A stretch of 64,000 nt of DNA from Microbotryum violaceum (Eukaryota). Shown here one piece after another: positions 35,325 to 48,155 of this stretch. The stretch's first letter is position 1, and every line of letters starts with the position of its first letter. The translations under genes and the position numbers were made by a program. A model generated the notes under the pieces. That model saw only the letters and a program-made list of their open reading frames with translations. It was not told the origin of the DNA and searched no databases. The stretch spans positions 1,302,001 through 1,366,000 of the forward strand of contig CDLV01000010.1 in the NCBI GenBank assembly GCA_001244265.2, given 5' to 3'.

Positions 35325-37157
35325 TCACGCTTCTTCGGCCTTATTCCTCTTGACCTCGCTCTCACCCTCGGCACTGACCTCAGCACTGCCCTGGCCAGTC
35401 CCACTCTCGATCTCGTCGACTTTCCTTTTGGACCCACTCGTACGGTTCGTACTTGACGTTGATGTCCTTTGGTTCCCTTCTTCCCTCTTCTCCACGGAAG
35501 CAGCAGATTCTGCGACCGGCGCGGCAGGTTGCTTCTTTTTTTTGACGAGCGAGTTGAGGTTATTGACCTGACCCGACTTGAGCGCGTTCGTAAAGTCTGA
35601 CTTCTGAAGCAAAGCATCAATCTGCTTCTCTGCTTCCGTCTTGGGTGCTTCCTCAGGAACGAACTTGAGATCTTCAATCTGCCGGGGCCCCGACAACAGA
35701 TCATCAGCTCGTTCTGTCACCAACAGACAATACATGATCCGCTCGTTCAAGCGCACCGACCTTTTCTTCCAATTCCCCAATCAACTCCTTGATATCGACA
35801 ATTTCCTTCTCTACTCGATCGTCGCCAGTACCGGCGTCACCACCCTCCTTCTGGACCTTTTCCAACTCGGCCAATTTGGTTAACAATACGGCCTTGGATT
35901 GCTCGGCGTGGTGAACGGCTTGAGGTACCGAGTCGGGGATCATGTCGTAGGCCAGGGCGATGAGCATATGTAGTTCCGAGAGTGTTCGGTTCGACGGTTC
36001 GAGGACGGAGGTGAGGATCGCGAGTGCCGATTCGTATTCCTTGATGGCCAGATCGAATTTCTCTAGCTCGCGGTGAAAATGACAAGGTCAGTATAACACG
36101 AGGAAAGAGGCGCTTTGAAGGGATAGTGCGATGGGAACTGACCCGATTCACGCTCTACCTCGCCACACATCCTCTGAGCTTCGGCGATCTTGATCTGAGT
36201 TTCCTTGCTCCCATCATTATCTCTGGACCAGATCGCTCGCACCATCTCGAAAGCCGAATAGGCGCCCTCGAGTTCGTCATCACGATCGACCATCATGGCT
36301 TCATCGCCACCGTCTTCGTCGTCGTCGCCTTCTGCGCCTTCCTCGTCGTCATCGTCCTCGTCCTCGGCATCCCCACCGAATGAGAACTTCCATGAAGCGG
36401 CGACGTTTTGAGGGTTCGTAGCGGAGGATGAGGATCCAACGGCTTGTTCTGGGTTGTTGCTCATAATCAGACTCTGTGATGAGCTGTGTTGACTATGATA
36501 GTGCATAGTGTTTGACTCACGAACGGCCTCCTCGGTCTGCTCGGCTCTGGCGTTGCCACCACCCAGGACGGCGGATTGACTGATGGCGTTCTGCAAGGCG
36601 GCTTTGCCATAGAGCATCAACGCATCGGCCGACTCTTTCGAGAGTTCGCCATGTTGCTTCTCGCTGTTGTTGTGATGAGGAAAAGACACGGTGCAAAGGG
36701 TCAGTCATGGGAAATACCAGCGGGTCGCCCCCCACCGAGGCTGCGGTCGCCGGTCATTTGACAAGCTCGCTCGCGCCGTTCTCGACGCGTCGCGACGTGG
36801 CCGCAAGAGAAAGTCGAGAACTGACATGGCTTCAATCGCATAACTGGCCTGCTCAGCCGCGAGGGACCATTGCTTCAATGCGAAATGACGGGTCGCAGCG
36901 GCCATGCATTCCGCAATGTCGATAGGCGCCTCTTGCGCATCGGCGTCGCGCCCGGGTGGCTCTGTAGGCGCTGTTTCGGATTCAGCTTGAGCTGCTTCGG
37001 AAGCGGTGGTGGTGGGAGCGACGTCCGCGCCGGTCGGCTGCGAGTTTGAGGCGTCCGAGGTAGCGGTGGTGGGTGTCAGGGAGCTGTGCGTGAGAAAGGA
37101 ATGGATCAGTCTGAGCTACAATGTGCCTAACCAGTCGGGTCGAGCGCCTTACGACAT
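35325..37157 (-). CDS. NASP/Sim3/Hif1-like histone chaperone (SHNi-TPR)
   Basis: HGELSKESADALMLYGKAAL, acidic insert, ELEGAYSAFEMVR, GEVERESEKFDLAIKEY, C-terminal VNNLNSLVKKKK. Confidence 0.85.
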
Positions 37158-37502
37158 GGTGGTGTATACACTTGTGGATGGAGGGGCAGAGTTCAGACAG
37201 TCAACCGGCAAGCGCGCGCGCGGCCCTGGAAATAGAAACAGAAACCCGGCAGCTTATTCGGGGATAGAAATGCGCGAATTCCAAACCCCAACGGCCGCCC
37301 CCCGTCCTGCATTTTCGTGTACGCTCTGATTCGCCTGCTCGTCAGGCAGCCTCCAACAACCCCTTTTGATACCCGGTTATTTTATCGACTCTGCATCCGG
37401 TACGATCGTGTTGGCAAAGGGCAGCTTCTTCCCCTTCGACGAGTCGCAGTGCCACGGGACCGCGGGACGGGCCAGGCACAACAGGGTCGACCAGTCGTCG
37501 CG

Positions 37503-40500
37503 ATGACCTCGTTGATCGTCAAAGCCCAGTTCGGACCCAACAGCTCGCTCAGTCGTAGAGTGACCTTCCCCAACTTGGACACCGTGAGCCACCGGACCAC
37601 TTGGACCACGACATCGTCTGGGTTGCTTTTCGGTCTCACTACCCGGCCGGCGATCAGCCGCTCGATGGACTGATAACGGGGCATGATCGTACGTTACAGG
37701 TCTATATCGAGGCCTTCAAGGAAAAGATTCGACATTGTTTCTCGCTACCCGAGGCTTTTAGGATCGCATGTGAGCAGCCACGACTCTCTACACTGCGCTG
37801 CCGCTCAGGGCGTAGACGACCCGCACACGAGCATCCCACCCCACTGATTCAGCCTTCCCGTTGTCGCACACAGACCGCGACGACGATGGCGACGAAACCG
37901 AGATCTTCACCTCGGACGATCTCATCGAAGCCATCCACTTTTTCGCCGACGATGAATCGGCCTCTTCGTACGACGGTGCTTCCCCCTCACCGACCGATGG
38001 ATCTTCACCGTCCACATCGAGAAAGAAGATCACGATGAAGGTCTACATCCTCGTTGATATTGTTGGGCCGCCGTTGAGTGGTTATGGTGCCGAATCGATG
38101 TATGGTGGGACAACGAGGACTGAGAGTGCTTCGGGCAGGGGTTCGACGAGTCGCTCGTCTAGGTTCGATGAGGGGAGTCGGAATGCCGATAGTTGGAGTC
38201 AGGACGTTGGGAACTACCGTGGGTACGACCATGACGAGGATGCGCAGCCTCTGGTATCCTTGTCGCATTCCTCGGCATTCAACAGGACGAATGAACACGA
38301 AACCCGACGGAGCTATGGCCAACGCAGGCGCGACAGAGGTCAGCTCTACGGCGGCAATGACCACCCGAAACAGCCGATCTCGAGGCATTCACCCTCTCGG
38401 ACGGGCATCGATCCTTATGTATACCCGTATCCGAATCGCTACGAACCTCACGCCTTCCGGCCTCACCCCTCGGCATCTCCAACCCCCTTCGCTCAGTCCG
38501 ACTTTCCCCCAGCTCGATGGCAACTCTCTCCACCGGCCCAGACCCCACGGAATGCCACCGTCAACCCTTTCATGGATTCCGGGAGCGACGTGCTCTCATA
38601 CGCGGTGCCACCCGGTCGACCTGCGAACGTGGCACCGCCATCGTACCCTTCCCGACCTGCCTCTGACGGCGAATCGGTCCGGACGGCTTCAACGGTCGAT
38701 CAGCCTTCATCAACGGGCTGGGCGTTGAGAGTCGCAGGATCGTCCGTATCGTCCAAAGTCGCTGGTACTACGGGAAAGCTCTTTTCGGCACCACCGACGT
38801 ATATGAGTGGTAGCTCGAATGGGTCGACAGGGTCCGGCCCCTCACTGGGTGAACGTTCAGCTCGGCCACGGCTCAGCGAAGAAGAGCATCATCTGGCTCG
38901 CCTCAACCTTAACGAGGGCGCGAGTGGGAGAGGTACGGAGCGAATGATCGGAGCTTATCCTTCTGAAGAGATCTTCCCAGTCGAAACGCACCTCAACGCC
39001 CGTCTGCTCGACAATGTCCTTCCTTCCTCTTCGCATACCAACCACACTGGGTCCAACTTTGACCTCCCCGGATTCCTCGCCGATCTGTCCCGCTCGAGCT
39101 TGCCCGCTCCTTCGGTCCTGTCGGCCGTGAGGGACGATATGTTGAGGTGTTGCGGTTGCGCCAAGGTCATGAGCAGCTTTCGGTACATCTGCGCGAGCTG
39201 TGGGCCTATCTTACCGGATGGGATGGCGACAAGCGATGATGGCACTCAAATTGGATCAACAACTTCCGACTCTGCCTCAAATGGAAAGGTTTCGGAGCGG
39301 GAAGAGCAAGAGGCGGCGAAAGTACACGAGGATCCACTTGGGGTCAACGTTTGGAACTCGGATGCATCGAAAGGAAAAGCAAAGGCTGAGTCACCATCTC
39401 ATCACCATGACGCCTCTTCCCCACTCCTTGCGCACCCGCACGAAGGCACGAGCTCCGACCTTCTACAACATGAAGAAGCGCGCCACCACTATGGCCACGA
39501 TGAACGAGGCGGCTTCGAACTCTGTTCAGACTGCGTCGAGACCGAGGGCGCGAGGCATGCGAATGCGATGAGGGCATTGGAGAAAGAGCGTGCCGTTTTC
39601 GCGCACAATGGAAGTGGAGAGAATGGGGATGAGATGGTTGCGGTGGATGAGTTGAGCGAGACCGTGCGGACGAGCGTGTACAGTATGGAGCTGTCGCATG
39701 CTTTTGCAGAGGTCGTCAAGATGAGTGCTACCCATGGGTGGAGAGAAGTCGGTCAGTTCAAAGTACTGGGTCTTCAGATCGTGCTTGCTCGGCGACTGAT
39801 TTGAACGGGCTCCTTGAATTGGCAGACTACGACGACGACGTCCATTGCTCGACGTGCGGTACAGGTCCAGTACAGACCAATCGGTTCAAGTGCCTTTCAT
39901 GCAGCAAGTTCGAGCTCTGTCTTTCGTGCTACCGCAACGTTGAGGACATCCACCCTATCCATTCCTTCCTCACCATCCCTGATCGACCCGCACGGCCGAA
40001 GATATCACCCACCGGCAACCATAGCTTCGGGATGAATAGTCCGGACCAGAGTTCCGGCTTTTCACCGCTCAACACGCGAGGGGTCGAGCATTCTCGGTAT
40101 ATGCTGAATGGGGACAACTCGTTCCTTACGAGTCCGACGACACCGTCAAGCTCGATAGTCAGGCATGAAGGGGTGGTGTGTTTTGGATGCTCGCAGGATA
40201 TTGTGGGGCCTAGGTACTCGTGTTCCGTTTGCCCGTCGTTCGATCTGTGCACGCAGGTATGTTCGGAAATTCAAGGCCTGAGGTAACGGAGCCCTAATGG
40301 CTTTGATGCTGGCAATGCAGTGCGAAGCGAATGACCTCGTCATCGAACTATCGCAAGGCCGTCATATCCCCGACCACATCCTCCTCAAGATCAACATACC
40401 CGTTTCCAAATCCGAAGTATTGGACGAAGCCGCTCATCGAGCACAAAGTCTAACTCATAGCCCACAAGTTCACCACGGCAATGCCCACGGACGACCTGGG

Positions 40501-41538
40501 CCAAGGTGGTTCGCTGGTCCTCTAGCTACGAGATCGGGATTCGGTCCTTGGACTCATGAGCATCACTCATCTTTCCCTCCGAACGGGATGGATCTTCGAC
40601 GTCATCATCTGCAACTAACGACTCCATGGGGTGGATCATCACCTGCCGGGTATGCTCATTCGGCTCTTGCGGGAGGAGCGCAGAGTGCGGCACAACCTCC
40701 AGCTTGGTCGGCGGTGGTGCATCATGTACCTTGTCAGGGATGTGGGCAGAGGTATATTAGAGGGACGAGGTGGACGTGCGCGCAGTGCCCGTCCGTTCCG
40801 TCGACTTATGATTTGGTACGTTTGAAGTGTCCCAATATAGGATAGGGCCAGGTTGACGACTGACGCGTCTTCTATGTCTGTGTGCAGTGCTCGAACTGCG
40901 AGCCCTCATCGCACAACTTACATGACCCGCTGCATTGCTTCCTGGTACGTTTTATTGGGTACCAAGGGCGTACTCGCATACTAACGAAAGTTCTCGTCTT
41001 CGTACCCGCCCCATAGCGTCTAACCCAACCCCTTCAGAAGCCCCTCCCATCCCTAAATCAACTTCTCCCGATCCTCTACGACCCGTTGTTCCCTCCTCCA
41101 AGGCGAGGCAAAGAGGTCACCGCGCGAGGAAGCGATGACAGCTCCCCGACGTCGTCCTTATCACCTCGCGATCAGGAAACATCAGACCCGGATCACGACT
41201 CCATTCCGTTGGATTTGATGGTGTTGCACGGTCAGGTGTATTGCGATATCTGTGCCGAGTTGATTCAGGGACCTTGGTTACGATGCTGTGAGTTGCCTTT
41301 CCCTCCTTCGGTACCTCGAAGAGAGATGGCACTGAACATCAAGGACCTTCTCTACCAAAACCCAGGCCACTGTCCGGCCTTCGACGCCTGTGTCGCCTGC
41401 CTCGAACGATCGTCCCACCACGCTCCCCACGTCTTCGTCAAGTTCACGCGCCGCGTTGATCTCCCTCTCTTAAGGGACTTGACGAGGATGTCAACGCATA
41501 ATCCTCAGCCTTTGCTGACATATAGCGTTTATTCGTAA
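37503..41538 (+). CDS. PB1-domain protein with multiple ZZ-type zinc fingers (p62/Nbr1-like architecture)
   Basis: N-terminal LIVKAQF...RRVTF and acidic DRDDDGDETEI (OPCA-like). ZZ fingers: CSTC..RFKCLSC..FELCLSC, HEGVVCFGC..RYSCSVC..FDLC, HHVPCQGC..RWTCAQC..YDL, HGQVYCDIC..FDACVAC, plus one split ZZ-like finger. Confidence 0.8.
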
Positions 41539-42893
41539 GGTTTTTGAAGGAAGGAAGGGTTGTAATGAACACAGTTGGACTATGGATTTTCTCAGCTCGC
41601 GGGAAGAGGGACAAGTTAGCTGGTGGTGTGAGAAAGAAGCCTAATGTGAAAGGCTGCGGGCAAGGAGGGCGCATCGGAAAGCAATGTGCAGTGACAGAAC
41701 GGAGGCAAGGGCTCCTTTTCGAGGCCGCATGTAAGGCGTAGAGCTATAAATCACACTCTTGGCGTAGGCGATACCGAGAGCCGGGCCCATCGTCTTGTGC
41801 GCAAATGCATGCGCCACGTGAAACGTTCGAAGGTCGCAACGACGATGAGGTGTCGCACAAGAGGTCGGTGACGTGTTTTTGGGATCGCGGGTCGGAAACT
41901 AGATCAAAGCGCATGTACTATCCTTCATTGTCACATCTCCAACTGAACCATAGGTACGGCACTTCGTGGGTCACTGGCTGATCCTTTAGCGAGAACACTG
42001 CCGGTTTTTAGCGCGTTGGCAGGTCAGCTTCAGTGGGTCAATAGCGAACGCCGACAAGCGTAATCGGGAACGTAATTGAGCCCATCAATTCCGAGCACGA
42101 AATGGATATTTGGGGATCCGCAGGGACCAATGAGTCCACCTTACATTCCGCTCCAGGAGACGTCTTGCAGTGTTCGCCACTTTGAGGCCTTTCCCCGGAC
42201 GGCCCTCAGGCTCACTGTGTTGGCGTGGAACATTTCCTTCGTCTCTTGAGCTCCCTTCAAGACATTCAGGTCTCGGGTGGCAGCTAAAGGTTGTGTTTCG
42301 CCACCCCCTTGATTTTGCTTGGCGTGGGACGAATTAGGTGTGAATGTGAAGGATAGGCAACATGCCCCTTCGGAAATGTGACTTGGGAGGCGATGCTCTT
42401 GCGGAAGTATGAGCTGGAGCTCGGGCCGGCGCTGATCTCGCTTCTCCAGTGAGCCCGCATGGCCGTCGCCGATTCCAACGATTCGGCGAAAGCGGCTGGA
42501 GGGTTGTGTTTAGGTTCTAAAGCACGCGCCTCCTTGACGGTCTAGTGCACTGACTCGCGAACACGGATTGCCCGAGCTTCAAGCGCGACTCTCCACTGCA
42601 TTAGATGCGCGGCTCAAATCACATCAACCTCCCACTTGCAAGTCCCCATGTCACGTCACCTCAGATCCCGGGTAGACATCGCGGATTCGCGACTTTCTCG
42701 ACGGAGGATTGAATAGGCTCGACTATTTGAGCCCCTGGCGTTTTAAGCAGGGAAGATTAGGGGGGGGGGGGGGCGCTAGTTTGGATTCGGCGGCAGCGGC
42801 CGGTCTCACATGTCACACACGTCGTAGTTGCTCACCCGTTCCCCACGGCGCTTAACCTCACGAGACAACGTTCGCGACGACAGTGGGCGTGGT

Positions 42894-45037
42894 ATGCGAA
42901 CGACAATACTAAGCATTGCAGACTACGGACTGAGAGCCGCCTTCACCTGCATCTTTGTCAGTTTCGGTACGCCCCATCCATCCTCGACTTTGCCAGGGTC
43001 AGCTTGCTGCGCACTGTCCATGGATTGTGACCCCCTGAGATAGCGCCGGACGTGCGGTGCTCGCAGGAGGCCGAACGTGCCGAGGCTGACCCCAGTGTTG
43101 TCTTGACTATTGTTCAGGTGGCTTTATTTTTGGGTGAGTGGTGGACCTGAAGGTATTTTTCCTGACTTCGAGGCTCGGATCACCTTGTGCCGGCGTTGGT
43201 TACTGGATAGGGTGCCCTCGTTCGGGATGCCATACCGGCGACGTTCCGGTATCTATTTGCATCACTCGCAGCGCTTCAGGAACCGAAGGGGAACTGTTTC
43301 CATTCGAATGAGTAATGACATGTTTTTCGACTTGTATTCCCCAGATACCATGCTACCGACATCAACGGTATACTTTCCATGCCAGTACGTGTAGGCGGGG
43401 CCCCGCAGCGTTCTACGAGCTTCTCCGGCCCATACTCTCGCACCCGGGCTGACTCGCAATGCCGTACCATGATGCTGGATCCTGCAGAACTGGCTTTACA
43501 CATTCGGATATAGGTCCGCCGATGGCGTCGGATGCGCCTTGCAAGCCAAGTATCAAGGTGGCATCTACTGCATCAGCTCGCTGGATCGTGCGCTCATCAC
43601 GTCGCTGCTTTCCCTCGGCACACTCGTCGGCGCTCTCTCCGGTGGGGTCGTGGCGGACGACTGCGGTCGCCGAGGGGGTATTCTCTTTTCCTTGCTTCTG
43701 TTCCTTGCCGGAGCCTCTATGCAGGTATTTTTCACCAACATCGTGGGGCTCATCGTCGGTCGCGTTGTCGCGGGGCTCGGCGTCGGCTCAGTGTCGATGC
43801 TCGTTCCTATGTACCAAGCCGAAGCTGCGCCACCTCAACTTCGAGGAGCCATCGTCTCATGCTACCAGCTCTCAATCACGCTCGGTATCTTCGGCTCTCA
43901 AGTCATTTCCAGCGCCACCCGAAGCATCGAATCGACGGCATCCTGGCGTATTCCGATCGGCGCCCAAATCCTATGGGGTCTGCTCTTGATGGGCGGAACC
44001 TTCGTACTGCCCGAATCGCCCCGACATTTGATCAACCAGGGCAAGCTCACCCAAGGTCGTCGCTCGCTCGCTACGATGCGCGGTCGGCCCGAAAACAGCG
44101 AAATTGTCAACGCTGAATACAAGGAGATCTTCGCCAGCATCGAAGCCGAGAGAGTGATCGACCAAGGCTCCCTCCTCGATTGCTTCAGAAGCAAGATCAT
44201 GCTCAAGCGAACGCTATGCGGCGTCTTCGCTGGAGCGTTCCAACAACTCACGGGCGTGAATTTCATCTGGTACTACAGCACACAATTCTTCACCCAAGTG
44301 GGCATCTCGGAGCCATACCTCGCTTCAGTGGCGCTCAGCATCGTGAACGTGTGCATGACCGCCCCAGGTATCATGCTAGTCGAGAGGCTCGGTCGGCGCA
44401 AATTGCTGCTAAATGGGGCCTTGTGGATGTCGACGTGTCAACTCATCATTGGCGCAGTCAGCATCGGAGTTGACGAGGGTTCAAGCGCGGCAAATAGCAT
44501 TCTTCTCGCTTTCACAACCTTCTTCGTCGCTGGATTCGCTTCGACGTGGGGTTGTGGGACGTGGGTACTGATCTCGGGTAAGCTTGGGGGTGCCACCGGC
44601 GGATTGAGGGATATGCTAGGTGGCTCACCACCATATCGGCGCTGATCTTGACCCTGATAGAGCTGTACCCTCTTCGTCTTCGGGGCAAGGCGATGTCGCT
44701 CGCCACGGCCTCGCACTGGCTTTGGAGCTGGGCCGTCGCGTTCTCGGTCCCCTATCTGACCGACCCAAACGAGCTCGCGATGGGTTCCCGCATCGCCTTC
44801 GTTTGGTTCGTCACCACCTTCATGGGAGCGATTTGGACGTTCTTCTGCGTTCCTGAAACGTCAGGATGGTCGCTCGAGGAACTGGACGGGATGTTCGCTT
44901 CTGGTACACCCTACCGCTTGACGCCGCATTGGAAACCGTCTACGGATTCGAGGGCTTTGGTCGACGCGTCGTTCGTGGTTCCTCACTCTGAAAATTATTT
45001 CTTGGAGCAGACGAATAGCTCTTACACCACTGTGTAA
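42894..45037 (+). CDS. MFS sugar porter (hexose transporter-like); 5' exons look degenerate
   Basis: ADDCGRR, GRVVAGLGVG, PMYQAEAAPPQLRG, SWRIP, LPESPR, FQQLTGVNFIWYY, VERLGRR, ELYPLRLRGK, VPETSG. The start is uncertain. Confidence 0.8.
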
Positions 45038-45398
45038 AACGCAAATTTCTGGGTTTGGGCCTTTGACTCTACATCGTAGTTCCTCCTTTGGTTCGCTTCC
45101 GACTCCCGTGCTCCCACTGTCAGGCTGGCACTGGCTGTGTATCTCGTTATCTCGATCTCGATCTCCGTTCATTCGCTTCTAGAATCCATTCTTTGATATA
45201 TAAAAAAAGTACGACGCCTTCACTGATCTTACCCGGTTTTATCGGATGAGCTGCCATGCACGGTGAAAACGGGGTGGATAATCCGGATCGATTATGTCCG
45301 GTGGGTAAGACCGGTGAGATCTGAGAAGCGCGGGCTCCACATTCGGCTTTTGCCGGTCTCCTCTGTGCTGCGTCACCCCACGCCTGCGACACCACACC

Positions 45399-48023
45399 AT
45401 GCTTCGACGATCGCTCAGCACCACAGCCAATCTGGCCATCAAATCCAGGGCCTTGTCTTCGGTTGCTTCCTCGTCTCGTGTGCCCCTTGTTGGAGTAGCC
45501 ATCGATCGAATCGCCCCGACCTGTAGCCCCACAAGTTGGCGACCGGCACCGATTGGCGCTCGATCCGCTTCGACCTCTACCACCTGTGAGTACAGCCATC
45601 TCGCTCAGTAGCTATTGGTTTTGGTTTGCTGATCGGATCTCACGCTGTTCACAGCTTCCGATGCTCCCAAGGTACGGACTCCATGCTGCCCGAGACTGGC
45701 TGATTGACGCGCCATGAAGGAGGCACTGACGTCAATTCGCTCGCTGGACTGCTTGCGGCGCCTACAGCTCAAGGATACTGGCTTGTGGATCACGTCGGGG
45801 TTGATTAACGGCGAATGGACCTCTGGAACGGCGACCAAGACCTTCTCCGTCATCAGTCAGTCTACTCTGGACGTAAAGTTTCACCCAGCGGCCGATGGGC
45901 GGCGGCTTCATTCCGCTGTATCCATTCCACAGATCCTGGTACAGGAAAGGAAATTGGTACTCTGCCTGACATGGGCTTGGAAGATACCAAGCAAGCCATC
46001 GACAGAGCATACGAAGCCTTCCAGACGTGGGGCAAAACCTCCGAGTACGAGCGGAGCAAGATCCTCACCAAGATGTTCCAGTCAGTCGACGATCATCATC
46101 ATCTGACCTCTCTGACAGTGCGTGAAGACAACCCTGATTCCGGCTCCACCCCCAGATTGACTAATGAGTCCGCCGAAGATCTGGCGCAAATCCTGACCGC
46201 CGAGAACGGCAAACCTCTCGTCGATGCTCGAGGCGAAATCAGTTACGGTGGCTCATTCTGGGAATGGTATGCCGGAGAAGCTGTCCGAAGCTACGGCGAC
46301 ATCATTCCTAGCTCGGTTCCGGGAGTCCAAAACACCGTCATCAAGCAGCCTGTCGGCGTGTGTGGTATCAGTGAGCCCATCACTGCCTAGGCCGCTTGCT
46401 GAAAGCTCCAGCTAAACCCATCTACTTCAATCTCAGTCACTCCTTGGAACGCGAGTCATACCTACTTTTCATCATTACTTCAATCTTAATCATCCAACTG
46501 ATCGAACGAATAGGTTTGCAGTTCCCCAACGCCATGGTCACAAGAAAGGTCGGAGCCGCCCTCGCCGCAGGCTGCACCGTCGTCATCAAGGTCAGCATAG
46601 CGAGTGTAAAATCGTTCACAGCTTTCCGGGCCTGAACCTTTTGCCCCACCTCAGGCGCCTTCCGAAACACCCTACTCGATCCTCGCCATCGCCGAGATCG
46701 CCAGACGAGCCGGCGTCCCCGACGGTGTCATCAACGTCATCCTCACGCAAGAATCCACTTCTGCCGTCGGGAAAGAACTTTGCGAGAACCACAAGGTCCA
46801 CAAAGTTTCCTTCACCGGTTCGACGAGGGTTGGTAAGATCTTGATGAAGCAATCGAGTGAATCCTTGAAGAAGTTGAGCATGGAATTGGGTACGTACGTT
46901 CGCACCGGCTGGCCGTTTCGAGATCCTGCCTAACGGACTCGTCTTTCGCACACAGGTGGGAATGCGCCGTTGATTGTGTTTGATGATGCCGATCTCGACA
47001 AGGCCGTGGCGGGGACGATCGTTTCCAAATTTCGTTTGAGTGGTCAGACTTGGTCAGTTCGCGAAATCGAGCCATTAAGCTTTTGCCAAACACAGGTTGG
47101 ACTAAACGACGACTCTCTCGCCGAACAGCGTCTGCGCGAACCGTATCCTCGTCCAGGATAGCGTATACGACAAATTCGCGTCCAAACTCGCCGACGCCGT
47201 ACGCAAGTTCAAAGTCGGGGAAGGGACGGGAGAGGGTATTACGCATGGTCCTTTGATCCATGAGAATGCGGTCAAGAAGGTCAAATCCCATGTCGAGGAT
47301 GCGAAGAAGAAAGGAGCCAAGGTCGTTGTTGGGGGGGATGTGTTGGATTTGCCGGGTTACTTCTTCAAGGTCAGTCGCAGTATGGAATTAAAAGCTTGTA
47401 GTTGCGGGGACAGTGAGCTGACGATCTTACCTTCGAACATCAAAAAGCCAACGGTTCTCACCGAAGTCCAACGCTGCGCCATCGACGAGGACGAAACCTT
47501 TGGTGAGAAGGAAGCACAAGGAGACACAACAATGGTTCCCAGAAAGCTAATGGTTCGCCTTGGCCTTTTTATTTATTTACCTTTCTCTAGGCCCGCTCGC
47601 GGCCTTGTACCGCTTCAAGACTGAGGCCGAAGCGATCGAACGAGCGAACGAGCCTGATGTTGGTTTAGCTGCGTAAGTACAATCCTCGCCTCCCCATGCA
47701 GACATGTACCTGATCTGACTTTATTTTCTCAGTTACATCTTCACCGAGAACATTTCCCGCCTGCATCGCGTATCCGCGGCTTTAGAAACGGGAATGGTCG
47801 GTGCGAATACGGGGGCCATCTCGCAAGCTGGGATCCCGTTCGGCGGCGTCAAACAATCTGGGTTCGGGAGGGAGGGGTCGAAGTAGTACGTCGTTTCAAT
47901 TTGGTCATCGAGTGTGATTGTGACGACGAAGCTGATGCACGTTTGCGGTATTGGTCCCCTTTTTAAAGTGGTCTCTCGGAGTATCAGATCATTAAATTCG
48001 TGGCGATCGGGGGATTGAACTGA
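45399..48023 (+). CDS. UGA2: Mitochondrial succinate-semialdehyde dehydrogenase (ALDH5 family)
   Basis: [76 protein letters not shown]; many short introns. Confidence 0.9.
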
Positions 48024-48155
48024 ACGGATCTTTAATGATCGGCATTGTACACTCGATTGTAATCTATGCTGCTTCACGAAACCAAGACTTCTTTATTGCA
48101 CCATGAAACCCAAAATTAAAGGACCACCAGACTTTGCTCGAGTTCCTTCCTCCGC

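Noticed and set aside
41842-41858. CGACGATGAGGTGT(T)CGCA shared with 19093-19110
   Set aside because: A short isolated match, at most a promoter motif; no extended homology.
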